From positions 64,001 through 128,000 of the IMG/VR virus record IMGVR_UViG_3300033485_000001: a stretch of 64,000 nt of DNA. One strand, given 5' to 3'. This document shows, piece by piece, positions 18,318-28,221 of this stretch (positions within the stretch are counted from its first letter, which is position 1; each line of letters starts with the position of its first letter). Under the pieces are notes generated by a model. That model worked only from the letters and a program-made list of their open reading frames with translations, was not told the DNA's origin and did not search any database. The position numbers and the translations under genes were made by a program. The DNA comes from a virus.

Positions 18318-21300
18318 ATGGCGATCACAGACTGGACACTGTTCATCCAGGAGCGGCTGCGGGCGTACCAGCCCGACATCAACCTCAACACGGGATCTCC
18401 CGCGACCGTCCAGGTCGTCAACCCCATCGTCAACCGGATGGCTCCGGATCCCGTCGAGACGAAGCTGCTCACCTTCATCATGACGCGGTTGCAGCAAGAG
18501 CACCCCATGCTCTACGCTCGAGAGGGGTCCACGATCATGGACCTCCTCGTGAAGCCCAACCTCGTCTTGCTCGAGCCGCTGCGACGAGAGATCACGAGCG
18601 TCAAGAACCAGCTCACCCTCCTCTACCCAGAGCAGCTCACGTCTGACGAGGCAGACGCCCTGGTGGCCAACTTCTTCATCACGAGGAAGCTCGGGGACTA
18701 CGCCAGGGTGAAGGTTCGGCTGTACTTCCAGAACCCTGTCTCGGTGAACATCGGGACCGCCAACGTGGCCTTCACGGCGCGCGGACTGCGCTACCTGCCG
18801 ATCAGGGCGCAGAGCATCACGGCGGAGGGGATGCTGACCAACTGGGACGGCAACCTCTACTACTTCGACGTGAGCTACGTCGCCGAGCGCGCCGGCACGC
18901 TCTACAACATCGCGGCCAGCGAGATCATCGGCGTCACAGGTATCTCCGCAGCGACCAGGGCGACCAACCTGACGAAGGCCAGCCCAGGCTCAGACGAGGA
19001 GACCACGAGCCAGCTTGTCTCTCGCGCTGAGAGGTCGCTCGGCGAGAGGTCGTTGACCACGGTGCCCGGCATCGTCTTCCAGCTCTTCGATCAGTTTCCG
19101 GCGCTGACCATCCTCCAGATCATCGGGTACAACGATCCCGAAATGATGCGGGATGTGATCACAGGTGGAAATCTCGGCGAAGTCGTGCTGTTCGGACCCG
19201 GCGGGTTCACGGTGGACGACGGCGACGGAGACGGGTACACCTGGCTGTTCTCCGACTCCACCACGAGCTTCACGACCGCGTTCGGTCCGGTTGGTACGGA
19301 CATCTCCGACTACGCCCTGACGGCGTGGTACCTGGACGGCGCCGTCCTCACGCCGCACGACTTCAAGTTGAGCGAGGTCCTCGGAGCCACGCAGGTCAGC
19401 ATCGACCCGGAGCTGGAGGGATCCGACAGGCTCCCGGACGGGCTGACCAACGTCATCTGGACGATCAGGAAGCGAGCTCTCCTGACCCTCTCCGGCATCC
19501 CAGGCGGGATCATCTTCCCGACCCTGATGGGCGGTGAGGTAGAGATCGAAGACGGAGTGATCCACGTCGGGGGCTGCACGGACTTCTACATTCGTGGCGG
19601 CGACATCGAGGACAAGTCCCTGGCGGTCGAACTCGTATCCGACCAGGATGTCGTGGCTCGGCGAGAAGACGCCCAGACGACGAATGGTTCTCCAGTCGTG
19701 ATCCTCAACGATCTGAGCGCAGAAGAGTTCAACGACATCGTGGAAGGCGACACGAGCCTCTACCTCGAGGAGGGCTCGGACCAAGGCGCGTACAGGATCA
19801 TTCAGAAGTTCCCGGTCGGGCCTCCCTATGCCGTCCGCCTCAGCGCAGACATGACGGCAACGGCCACGGACATCTCGTTCAACCTCGTGGACGACGTGGA
19901 CGTGGATCTTCTCGATCCGAAGGACATCCGATTCGTGGGCACGGACCTGCGGACCGTGGCCGGCTCCCCCATCATCGACACGGTCAGCGGGACACCAGAC
20001 TTCGTCGGTGTCGGAGTTACCGATCAGGACATCGTGGAGATCCTCAACGGATCCGATGAGGGAGAGTACTCGATCGCTGCCGGAGGCGTGGCCGCAGGAC
20101 AGATCACCCTCGCCTCCGCCATGAGCGTGACGGGCTCTCCGCTCCAGTACAGAATCTTCCATCGACAGGACGGCATCGAGCTTCCGCTTCTCAGGATCAA
20201 GTCTGTGGAGCGGTTGGACAGCGGACTCGAGCCCACCGGGGAGCTCGTCCCCTACAAGCATCCGGTGGACATCCAGTCCCGCAGCTTCCAGAACCCAGGT
20301 CGAGAGGCGAAGGTCGGCACCGGCATCGACGTGACCGAGGGGTCGTACCTGCGGGCGACAGCGGGGTCCAAGCTCCTGACCGCAATGGACATCACCGGGG
20401 GTGCGACTGGCATCGACTTCTGGGCTTTGGGTCTGCGGCCCGGAGACCTCATCAACATCAACAGCACCGACAACCAGGGCTACTACACGGCGGAGCTGGT
20501 GGGTACTGGGGGCGGGCTCGCTGCGGATCAGATCCAGGTCTCCAAGGCCATGCGCTGGAGCACCGCGATCGGCCAGGATATGCAGTACGAGGCGGGTGGG
20601 CCGTCCTACGGATCCTTCCGTCTCTACTTCCTCGATCCCACCTCCTTCGCAGCCACCTACGAGAACACGATCTTCTCCGTGACGGTGAACGGCGTCACCA
20701 GGCGCTTCCGTCCAGATCCGGATGTGGACAACCAGTACCTGCCGACGGACGTCACGATCCCGACTGTGGCCATGACGGCTACGTCGGACGTCGTGTCTCC
20801 CTACGATGTCGGCGGCACGGCGTCCATCGACCTGAGCGCCCACCTGGTCCGTCAGGGTGACCTCGTAGAGATCACCTACGCGCCCATCATCGGCTCGGCG
20901 GATCTCACCTCGGTCAGCCTCAACCTGGACGGCCTGCGCCTCAAGATCGACGTTGGCTTCGGGACCGAGACGGTCTACTTCTCCGGCACCTCCCTCGGGG
21001 TGGATGAGATCGTCTCCCAGATGAACGCCCAGCTTTCCAGGGAGGTCGCAGCGAAGTACACGTCGCCAACCGCCACGGATCACATCATGCTCCGGGCGGA
21101 CATCCCGATCTCGCTCATCTCGGACGGCGCAGTGGCGGATGCCACGCTGCTCGTGTTCGGGACGAACCGCCCGTTGTACATGTGGCCGGCGTTGGCCGGC
21201 AGCTTCGTCGGGGTCACGACGCAGAACGACGCCCCGGACAAAGGGATCTATGCGGCGCAGTCCATCGGAGCGTATCCGCCTGGGAGCGTGACGCTGACCG

Positions 21301-22103
21301 AGGTCGACGGGAGTGCTTGGGCAGCCTCCTTCACGATCCACGAGAGCCGTGGGCCGTACATCCACATCAGCCGCAGCGGGGTTCAGCGGATCAGCTCCAC
21401 GGCCATGTCGGCGCAGATCGACGACTTGGGGTTCTACTACTTCGACGTGGAGTGCGTCAGCGAAGGTTTCGGCACGCCGTGGAACATCTCCGCTGATCAG
21501 CAGGCTACGGCTGAGGGGTACTCCTCCGATGGGTGGGAGGTCACCGTCGAGGACGAGAACCTCTCCTACTCGATGGCCGAGCATCCCTGGTTGCACATCA
21601 GCCCTCGCATCCTCGTGGTCGGCAACGAGGACGACGAGACGAACAAGGTCGAGCTGGTCGGCAGCAACGTGCAGATCGTGTACGAGCGGGACCCGCTCGT
21701 GCAAGACGTCCACACCTACGTCACGGATGCGCAGACCAGAGTGGTCTGTCAGAGCCCGCTGGCCAGGTCGCTCTTCCCGAAGTTCATCAGGACAGCGATC
21801 ACGTATCGTGGCGGCGGAGAGGTTCGGGATGTCAGGGTCGACATCACAGCTCACATCGAGTCGGTTCTCCCAGAGCAGATGCTCGAGGCATCCGACATAA
21901 CGAAGATCATCACTGACACCGGATCCTCTTACGTGCAGCTCCCTATCACAATGGTGGGCATCGGGCACAACGCGGACAGGACGATCTCGGTGGAAAGGGA
22001 CCAGGATGCCATCTCGTCAGGGCGCCTCTCGGCACTGCTGCCGGATGACAACGAAGAGACAGCGGATGGGGCGAGCTACATCAGCCTGACCAGGATCATC
22101 TAG
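18318..22103 (+). CDS. Baseplate J-like (gp6/gp47-type wedge) protein, 1261 aa
   Basis: N-terminal EGSTIMDLLVKP...LD..ANFFITRK.G, VAERAGTLYNI and GSDEET..QL..R...SL..R..TT.G are baseplate J hallmarks. Confidence 0.75.
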   Translation: MAITDWTLFIQERLRAYQPDINLNTGSPATVQVVNPIVNRMAPDPVETKLLTFIMTRLQQEHPMLYAREGSTIMDLLVKPNLVLLEPLRREITSVKNQLTLLYPEQLTSDEADALVANFFITRKLGDYARVKVRLYFQNPVSVNIGTANVAFTARGLRYLPIRAQSITAEGMLTNWDGNLYYFDVSYVAERAGTLYNIAASEIIGVTGISAATRATNLTKASPGSDEETTSQLVSRAERSLGERSLTTVPGIVFQLFDQFPALTILQIIGYNDPEMMRDVITGGNLGEVVLFGPGGFTVDDGDGDGYTWLFSDSTTSFTTAFGPVGTDISDYALTAWYLDGAVLTPHDFKLSEVLGATQVSIDPELEGSDRLPDGLTNVIWTIRKRALLTLSGIPGGIIFPTLMGGEVEIEDGVIHVGGCTDFYIRGGDIEDKSLAVELVSDQDVVARREDAQTTNGSPVVILNDLSAEEFNDIVEGDTSLYLEEGSDQGAYRIIQKFPVGPPYAVRLSADMTATATDISFNLVDDVDVDLLDPKDIRFVGTDLRTVAGSPIIDTVSGTPDFVGVGVTDQDIVEILNGSDEGEYSIAAGGVAAGQITLASAMSVTGSPLQYRIFHRQDGIELPLLRIKSVERLDSGLEPTGELVPYKHPVDIQSRSFQNPGREAKVGTGIDVTEGSYLRATAGSKLLTAMDITGGATGIDFWALGLRPGDLININSTDNQGYYTAELVGTGGGLAADQIQVSKAMRWSTAIGQDMQYEAGGPSYGSFRLYFLDPTSFAATYENTIFSVTVNGVTRRFRPDPDVDNQYLPTDVTIPTVAMTATSDVVSPYDVGGTASIDLSAHLVRQGDLVEITYAPIIGSADLTSVSLNLDGLRLKIDVGFGTETVYFSGTSLGVDEIVSQMNAQLSREVAAKYTSPTATDHIMLRADIPISLISDGAVADATLLVFGTNRPLYMWPALAGSFVGVTTQNDAPDKGIYAAQSIGAYPPGSVTLTEVDGSAWAASFTIHESRGPYIHISRSGVQRISSTAMSAQIDDLGFYYFDVECVSEGFGTPWNISADQQATAEGYSSDGWEVTVEDENLSYSMAEHPWLHISPRILVVGNEDDETNKVELVGSNVQIVYERDPLVQDVHTYVTDAQTRVVCQSPLARSLFPKFIRTAITYRGGGEVRDVRVDITAHIESVLPEQMLEASDITKIITDTGSSYVQLPITMVGIGHNADRTISVERDQDAISSGRLSALLPDDNEETADGASYISLTRII

Positions 22104-22426
22104 CGAATGATGGGGATCCTTGGTTCGATTCGTGCGAGGTTCCCCATCTCGAGGAGCAGACCTGAGAATGGATCGAACAGGCAGCGGCAGTCGACGCAGC
22201 GGCACAGGCACTTCGGAATCGGCCTCGAGCTGTTGGAGATGACGCTGCCGTCCTCGCACAGCTCCAGGTCGTTGTCCAGGTCTCGCTCCTTGACGGTCGT
22301 GCCCCCACAACGAGGGCACGATGCGTCGTTGTAGATCTTCTGGTCCGCTTCGACGAGGGGAGTCAGAAGGTCAACCTCGTCGGCGAGGATGGCCTTGAGC
22401 AGTTTGGGGTCCATCTCCTTGAACAT
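22100..22426 (-). CDS. Zinc-ribbon protein, lone antisense gene in the structural operon
   Basis: CPRC...CLCRCVDCRC; ATG at 22426; convergent stop overlap with the baseplate J gene. Confidence 0.7.
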   Translation of the reverse strand: MFKEMDPKLLKAILADEVDLLTPLVEADQKIYNDASCPRCGGTTVKERDLDNDLELCEDGSVISNSSRPIPKCLCRCVDCRCLFDPFSGLLLEMGNLARIEPRIPIIR

Positions 22427-22434
22427 CAAGGTCT

Positions 22435-22442
22435 AGTATACT
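22435..22442. promoter_or_regulatory. Palindromic AGTATACT giving a TATACT -10-like hexamer on both strands between divergent genes
   Basis: AT-rich palindrome in a 40-bp divergent intergenic gap of a GC-rich genome. Confidence 0.45.
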
Positions 22443-22467
22443 GGGGGGAAGGCGCGGGTAACAGAGG

Positions 22468-25400
22468 ATGACAACCCCGAGTGCGATCTACGGAAACTTC
22501 CAGTACGGCCAGAGCTACTACGGCTACCTCGCCGGGTTTCCTGTGTCCGACGACTTCAGGATCTTCGACTTCTGCTACCCTGTCGACGCGGTCATGGGGC
22601 TTCTGTTCGCGTACCCGGAGGTCTCGGCACCACGGTTCGGACTGCCCTGGAACTGGTTCGATCCGTCCTACAACTTCTGCATGTTCAGCGACGACGGAGC
22701 CGAGTCGGGCTTCCGCATCGACCTGTCCGTGCCGCAGCCGTACTGCACGATCCAGTTCTCGATCGAGCCGGTGAGCCTCCCGCAGAACTTCTCGGACCTG
22801 GCCAACAGCTGCGTCTTCGTTGGCGTCTTCAACCAGTTCGGAAAGATGGGCGGCCTCCTCGTCTCGGAGAACGAGGGGCTCGCCCTTGCGCAGAGCGGCG
22901 TCGGACCCTACATCGTCCTCCCCGACTCAGCGGATATCTTCGACGAGGGAGACGGCCCATACGTTTTCAGGTTCACGATCAACGAGTCCACAGGTAAGGG
23001 GAACCTCTACGTCACCAGGAAGGACGTCCTCACTGCAACAGGCGTTCACCAGCTCCGCTACACCTTCTCGCTGCTCGCGTGTCCTGCGGGCGAGACGGAC
23101 AACTTCCGGGTCGAGGTTCGCGGGACAGCTTCTGATCCAACCGAGATCCACCTCGGCTGTATCCGGATGGACGACCGGGAGAAGATTCCAAACCAGCGAC
23201 CTGTGGCTGTGCCGGGACCTGACAAGACACAGATCGTCGGAAACTACGTCGCCTTCGATGGTAGGGAGAGCTACGATCCCGAGGGTCAGCCCTTGAAGTT
23301 TTGGTGGAGCCTCGTCGAGGTTCCCGATGGATCGGCGTACAGGGCTCGGGTCGCGGGAGACACGCCAGCGGATCCGACTGGGTACACGAACGTCGTGCTC
23401 TGCCCGTCTGGTCCACCACCTGTCCCGTTCACCGACATCCTCGAGGGGGACATCTTCGTGAACGAGGATGGGTTCTCCACGATCATGTACGTCGCGTCCG
23501 ACGGGAGCTACTTCGTGCTCGCGGACGATCTCCTCAACGCCGGCACAACGGTCGAAGGCTACGTCGCGAAGCAGATCGTGTGGGGAGGAACACGTCGCCC
23601 CACCACGGTGCAGGACGTCCTCGACGTTGAGAACACGCCGCCACTGCTTCCGGCAGACGGGGATACGTACCTGGTCGACACGGCTCCGGTCGGTTTGTGG
23701 GCCGGTCAGGCTGGGTACCTGGCGACCTGGAGCTCGTCGGGAGGGGTGTGGTTGTTCAGCCTCCCGGCCTTCGACACGATCATCTACGCGATCGGGAAGT
23801 TCGAGTGCTTCCGGCACGCCGGCGCTGGCATCTGGTATGAGGCAGCGCCGAAGGGGTGGGAGCTGGATCACTGGGAGGGAAGGACAGACCAGATCGGCGT
23901 GATGCTCGTGGACACCCTCCGCCTCTTCGTCGTGGAGCTGCTCGTCAACGACGGTGAGCTGGACAGCCTCCCAGCGGAGGTCCTCTGCAACTCCTACGAG
24001 ACCAACGTCCAGCTTGGGCTCACTCCAGACCTGAGCTTCATCTGGAACTACATCTCGGACTTCTGGAAGATCGTGGAGGGTCGGGAGAAGGCGGAGACCG
24101 TGTGGTCTGGACTGGCTCAGGTCTACACCGATCTGCTCATGCGCCTGTGGCAGTACGACTACGCGAAGAGCATCCTGGACATCCAGCGCCTCTTCCAGGT
24201 TCGCTGGATCGACTACAGCCTGGTGTACGAGGAGCCCAACTACGACGAGCTGCCGGCGACCATTGAGAGCTCGGTGGACGCCTCCGGCTTTTCCGTGGCC
24301 CCCGGCGTGACGGAGCGGGCCTTCGATCTCGGGGCGGTCGTCGCAGACGTAAGCGATCTGAACTACCTCGTTCTCGACAGCATACCCTACAAGGTCATTC
24401 GAGTGGAGCAGGGAGCCACGACCGTGGTCATCACGTCGGATCCCATGCCGCACGACGATGCGATCGCTGTGTGGGTGACACCGCCGGAGTCGCAAGTCCC
24501 GCCTCTCGCGCCGTCAGATGGGGACGCCTACATGGTGGGGATTGGCGGGACAGATGCCTGGGTGGGGCGCGACGGCGAGATCGCAACGTGGAACGAGGAC
24601 GACAGCCTCTGGGACTTCAGCGAGTCCGTGCGCCCGAAGGCGTGGATGATCCGCGCCAGCGTGGTCTCGCGGTTCAGCAACTTCTCCGATCTGCGGGTGT
24701 CTCCCGGCGACACGGCCACCTTCGAGGTTCGCCTCGATGGCGATGTGACGGACGTGACGTGCTACGTCTACGCCGTTCGCGGCAGTGCGATGATCTTCGA
24801 CCAGACGAACATCTTGGCTTACCTCGCCGACGACTCGTACACGGTCAGGTTCAAGAGCGTTCTGCGTCAGTCGGAGATGCAGGTCAACGACCTGGTGAAG
24901 ACCATCCCGAGGTTGCAAGACACCATCGCCATCATCAGGGTCCCCGGAGCCAGCGCGCCGCTGCTCGAGTACAGGGACTTCCGAGTCGAAAAGATCACCA
25001 CCATCGAGGATCGTGAGGTCAACACGATCCAGTTCGACAACTTGTGGTTCCCGTTCGACCTTCGGGGGTTCGCGGGGTACACGACCGCACCCGATCACCA
25101 CTACTTCTACGACAACACCGTCGACTTCGAGGCGACGTTCGGTGCTGGAGCAGACCTGCGCGACTACGTCATCGAGATCGACGGTGGGAGCGTACATCGA
25201 CTCTGGTCGGTCGTCGGCCCGACACAGGTGCAGCTCTACGACCCAGAGCTGCTGCTCGGGCTCTCCGGGAAGAAGTGGTGGATCCGTCGTCGGGAGGTGC
25301 CACCCGCGACGCTGTGGGCAGAGATCACCTTCCTCGACAACAGCTCGCTCATCGAGGCCAACTTCGGCCGGCTGGTCGGACTTGGCATCGACAAGTTGGA

Positions 25401-27078
25401 GGAGAGGACGTACAACCCGCTCGACTACCTGTCGGCGGTTCAGGGCCTGTGGTACTTCAAGTGGCACGGGCGGACCCCGTACAACATCCGGGTCGGGTCG
25501 CAGATCATCCTCGGACTCCCCTTCTCGGAGAAGGCCGGAACGGTCGTGGACATCCAGGACCCGTTCGACGCCACACGTACCAGGATCCTCGTGCAGGACA
25601 GCGACAGCGAATTCGTCGTCAGGTCGTACTACCTCCCGACCGTGGTGGGTATCGAGACCAATCCGGAGACAGGGTTGGCCTATGCGCCCGGCGATTCTGT
25701 CTCCAGGTTCGCTCCGCTTTCCAAGGGTGTCGACGTCGTCGACTACATCAGCGATCCAGACTGGTTCGGACCCTTTGTAGGATCCGAGGACTTCCACGAG
25801 GTGCAGAAGGTTCACACCTTCGGCGTGTTGGTCGAGGCCGATGCGTACAGCTTGACCAACCTCATGTTCCTGATCGACTACATCAGGGGCTCGTGGGAAC
25901 GAGACGTGGTCCAGAACAAGCCTCCGTACACCTGGCCTCTCTTCGCTGTGATCAAGCGCATTCACGATACCGTGGACGTGGCGGACCCGCTCCAGTTCGG
26001 GCCGTTGCCCCCGCCCTCTCCCTACGTCTACCCGCTCGACTGGCCGCCGTTCCCTGTCATGTCGACGTGGGACGACTCGCCCTACGAGGTGACTCGGGTA
26101 TCAGGAGCTCTCTACGGCGCCGACAAGAAGTTCACGGTGCCGCCGTTGCTTCCTGCGGACACCCCGCACAAGACCCGGTACGAGGTCATCGCCCCGGCGA
26201 CCGGGGTCTTCGTGGGACAAGAGGGGAATATCGCTATCTGGAACGCCGACACGGACACGTGGTCGTTCCATCCGGCGATCCCAGGCGAGCCGCAACGGAC
26301 CGAGTTCGGCGGGCTGCATCTGTCGGACACGCCGGCCAAGGTCCCGGATGGCTGGCAGGGTGCGTGGTCCACAGGAGAGCCCGGAACGCACTACCCGACT
26401 CGCGCCGAGGGCACCTTCAAGGTCGACGAGCGCAACGAGAAGGGGCACATCATACATCATGTGGACGAGCCTCTGTTGGCTACCACGCGGCTCCTTGACG
26501 GTGATATGGAGGATGGGATCAATCCAGGGATCGGCAGGCCGTGGAAGGTTTTCGGTACGCCCTCGATCTGTGCGAAGGTGACCGTGGCAGGTGGCCACCC
26601 CGTTCACGCTGGAACGTACAGCACCAGGATCAAGTCCACAGATCCCTACGAGGGGATCTACCAGAGCTTCGTGTTGTCGGCGCCGGGCGTGGTACCAACC
26701 GGGTTCCAGATCGGGGCACGAGGTTGGCTCTATGTGGTAGACGGGTGCGCCCTCATTCGACTCTTGGATCAAGATGGTGTCACCGTCCTGGCGGAGCAGA
26801 AGAGGAACTTCCCGTCCATGCAGTGGATCCAGTTCACGGTGCACGCCTGGGAGGTTGGAGACGGGAGCCCGCTGCTTCCTGTTCCGCCGCAACTCCGAAT
26901 CCTCACCGGCCCGGCCGGCGGCGAGTTCTACGTGGACGACGTGGTCGCGTACCACACGATCATGCCGTGGAGCCAGTGGGGTGCGGATCGTTCCATCATG
27001 GGCAGGACTGGTGGGTACACTTTCGGTGGATCACCAGACGAGTTCTGGGCGTTCAAGATGTACAGTCCGCTTCCGTAG
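22468..27078 (+). CDS. Large baseplate wedge/tail protein, 1536 aa, with PKD/REJ-like domain, three DUF2793-like repeats and a C-terminal CBM-like domain
   Basis: PVAVPGPDK...FDGRESYDPEGQPLKFWW (PKD-like); three PP..P.DGD.Y.V...W.G..G..A.W repeats; IRVGSQIILGLP wedge-like segment; GDMEDG...YVDDV CBM-like segment. Confidence 0.75.
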   Translation: MTTPSAIYGNFQYGQSYYGYLAGFPVSDDFRIFDFCYPVDAVMGLLFAYPEVSAPRFGLPWNWFDPSYNFCMFSDDGAESGFRIDLSVPQPYCTIQFSIEPVSLPQNFSDLANSCVFVGVFNQFGKMGGLLVSENEGLALAQSGVGPYIVLPDSADIFDEGDGPYVFRFTINESTGKGNLYVTRKDVLTATGVHQLRYTFSLLACPAGETDNFRVEVRGTASDPTEIHLGCIRMDDREKIPNQRPVAVPGPDKTQIVGNYVAFDGRESYDPEGQPLKFWWSLVEVPDGSAYRARVAGDTPADPTGYTNVVLCPSGPPPVPFTDILEGDIFVNEDGFSTIMYVASDGSYFVLADDLLNAGTTVEGYVAKQIVWGGTRRPTTVQDVLDVENTPPLLPADGDTYLVDTAPVGLWAGQAGYLATWSSSGGVWLFSLPAFDTIIYAIGKFECFRHAGAGIWYEAAPKGWELDHWEGRTDQIGVMLVDTLRLFVVELLVNDGELDSLPAEVLCNSYETNVQLGLTPDLSFIWNYISDFWKIVEGREKAETVWSGLAQVYTDLLMRLWQYDYAKSILDIQRLFQVRWIDYSLVYEEPNYDELPATIESSVDASGFSVAPGVTERAFDLGAVVADVSDLNYLVLDSIPYKVIRVEQGATTVVITSDPMPHDDAIAVWVTPPESQVPPLAPSDGDAYMVGIGGTDAWVGRDGEIATWNEDDSLWDFSESVRPKAWMIRASVVSRFSNFSDLRVSPGDTATFEVRLDGDVTDVTCYVYAVRGSAMIFDQTNILAYLADDSYTVRFKSVLRQSEMQVNDLVKTIPRLQDTIAIIRVPGASAPLLEYRDFRVEKITTIEDREVNTIQFDNLWFPFDLRGFAGYTTAPDHHYFYDNTVDFEATFGAGADLRDYVIEIDGGSVHRLWSVVGPTQVQLYDPELLLGLSGKKWWIRRREVPPATLWAEITFLDNSSLIEANFGRLVGLGIDKLEERTYNPLDYLSAVQGLWYFKWHGRTPYNIRVGSQIILGLPFSEKAGTVVDIQDPFDATRTRILVQDSDSEFVVRSYYLPTVVGIETNPETGLAYAPGDSVSRFAPLSKGVDVVDYISDPDWFGPFVGSEDFHEVQKVHTFGVLVEADAYSLTNLMFLIDYIRGSWERDVVQNKPPYTWPLFAVIKRIHDTVDVADPLQFGPLPPPSPYVYPLDWPPFPVMSTWDDSPYEVTRVSGALYGADKKFTVPPLLPADTPHKTRYEVIAPATGVFVGQEGNIAIWNADTDTWSFHPAIPGEPQRTEFGGLHLSDTPAKVPDGWQGAWSTGEPGTHYPTRAEGTFKVDERNEKGHIIHHVDEPLLATTRLLDGDMEDGINPGIGRPWKVFGTPSICAKVTVAGGHPVHAGTYSTRIKSTDPYEGIYQSFVLSAPGVVPTGFQIGARGWLYVVDGCALIRLLDQDGVTVLAEQKRNFPSMQWIQFTVHAWEVGDGSPLLPVPPQLRILTGPAGGEFYVDDVVAYHTIMPWSQWGADRSIMGRTGGYTFGGSPDEFWAFKMYSPLP

Positions 27079-27087
27079 GAGGTCTGG

Positions 27088-27429
27088 GTGTTCTATCCAA
27101 AGATAGATCGGCAGAACATGGCATTCGTCCCGCCACGCACCATCGACGAGCCGCTGTTCCCTGTCGATGCGGGCAGCGTCGAGGACGACACGATGATGCT
27201 GTCGGGTCCGGCGCCAGCTCCGCCCCCAGGTCCCCCCTTCGGTGTGACACCGTGGAGCGGGCCGTACGGTCACCCGGTGACCGAGTGGACGACAACCAAC
27301 GGATACCCAGCGGTCGGCTATGGCGGAGCTCCGGGTTACACTGTCAACCCCCCAAGGTCGTGGAAGGTTGATGTCCAACTGCCCGACGGCTGGTATACTC
27401 GGATCTCAAGAAGGGACAAGTACTCGTGA
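27088..27429 (+). CDS. Pro/Gly-rich hypothetical virion protein
   Basis: GGAGGT SD; GTGA coupling to the next gene. Confidence 0.6.
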   Translation: MFYPKIDRQNMAFVPPRTIDEPLFPVDAGSVEDDTMMLSGPAPAPPPGPPFGVTPWSGPYGHPVTEWTTTNGYPAVGYGGAPGYTVNPPRSWKVDVQLPDGWYTRISRRDKYS

Positions 27430-28208
27430 AGAAGCGACGAGCGACCTTCAAGGACGACATCCGCGTCAAGGACGACTTCACCATCAGGATGAGGCGTCCG
27501 GGTGGCGGGGATGATCAATGGCGAAGTGGAGGAGGCGGCTCCCCACCGATCAAGCTGATCTCGAACGTCCACCTTGCCCTACGCGATCCCAAGAGCAAGC
27601 GCGTAGTGGAGAAGCGGGATAGCCACAACATCTTCCTCAACTACGGCCGGGACTGGCTGTCGCAGCTGATCGGGCTGAACACAGGCGGTACCTTCTTCCG
27701 AAGCGACCGTGTCAAGTACATGGCCTTTGGCATCGGGGGGACGTCGCAGCAGATTGCGGGAGCCACGATCAGAGGGGCCACTCCGGGGAGCCCCTACGCC
27801 TACCCAGGCTATCCCAACGACTGGGTAGGCGGGGCAGGTTCCGGGGAGCCGTCGCAGTCGGATGTGGACCCGACCATCACGGCGCTCGAGTGGCCCGTGG
27901 AGGTCACGGTCGGTGACTACTACGACCTGATCAGTCAGCCCAACACATTCCCCGGTACCACAGGCGTCATCCGATTCACAGCCGTTCTCGGTCTCCTCGA
28001 GGTGAGCTTCGGAGCCCACCCGAGCGTGCCGTTGTCGGAGATCGGTCTCTTCACGCAGGGTCATCCGCTGCCTCTGGATGAGACAGTACCCCCGGTATCT
28101 GGGGAGCCGCCGGCCGATAAGTTCATGATCGCGTACAACACCTTCGACACGCTTTCCAAGACGACCGCCTTCGTGCTCGAGGTCGACTGGGAGCTGCGGT
28201 TCTCATAG
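27426..28208 (+). CDS. Tail fibre/baseplate attachment protein (tail-collar DUF3751-like)
   Basis: HNIFLNYGRDWL..LI, YMAFGIGG, LSEIGLF, and a terminal FDTLSKTTAFVLEVDWELRF typical of this fold. Confidence 0.7.
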   Translation: MKKRRATFKDDIRVKDDFTIRMRRPGGGDDQWRSGGGGSPPIKLISNVHLALRDPKSKRVVEKRDSHNIFLNYGRDWLSQLIGLNTGGTFFRSDRVKYMAFGIGGTSQQIAGATIRGATPGSPYAYPGYPNDWVGGAGSGEPSQSDVDPTITALEWPVEVTVGDYYDLISQPNTFPGTTGVIRFTAVLGLLEVSFGAHPSVPLSEIGLFTQGHPLPLDETVPPVSGEPPADKFMIAYNTFDTLSKTTAFVLEVDWELRFS

Positions 28209-28221
28209 GGAGGAACGAAGC

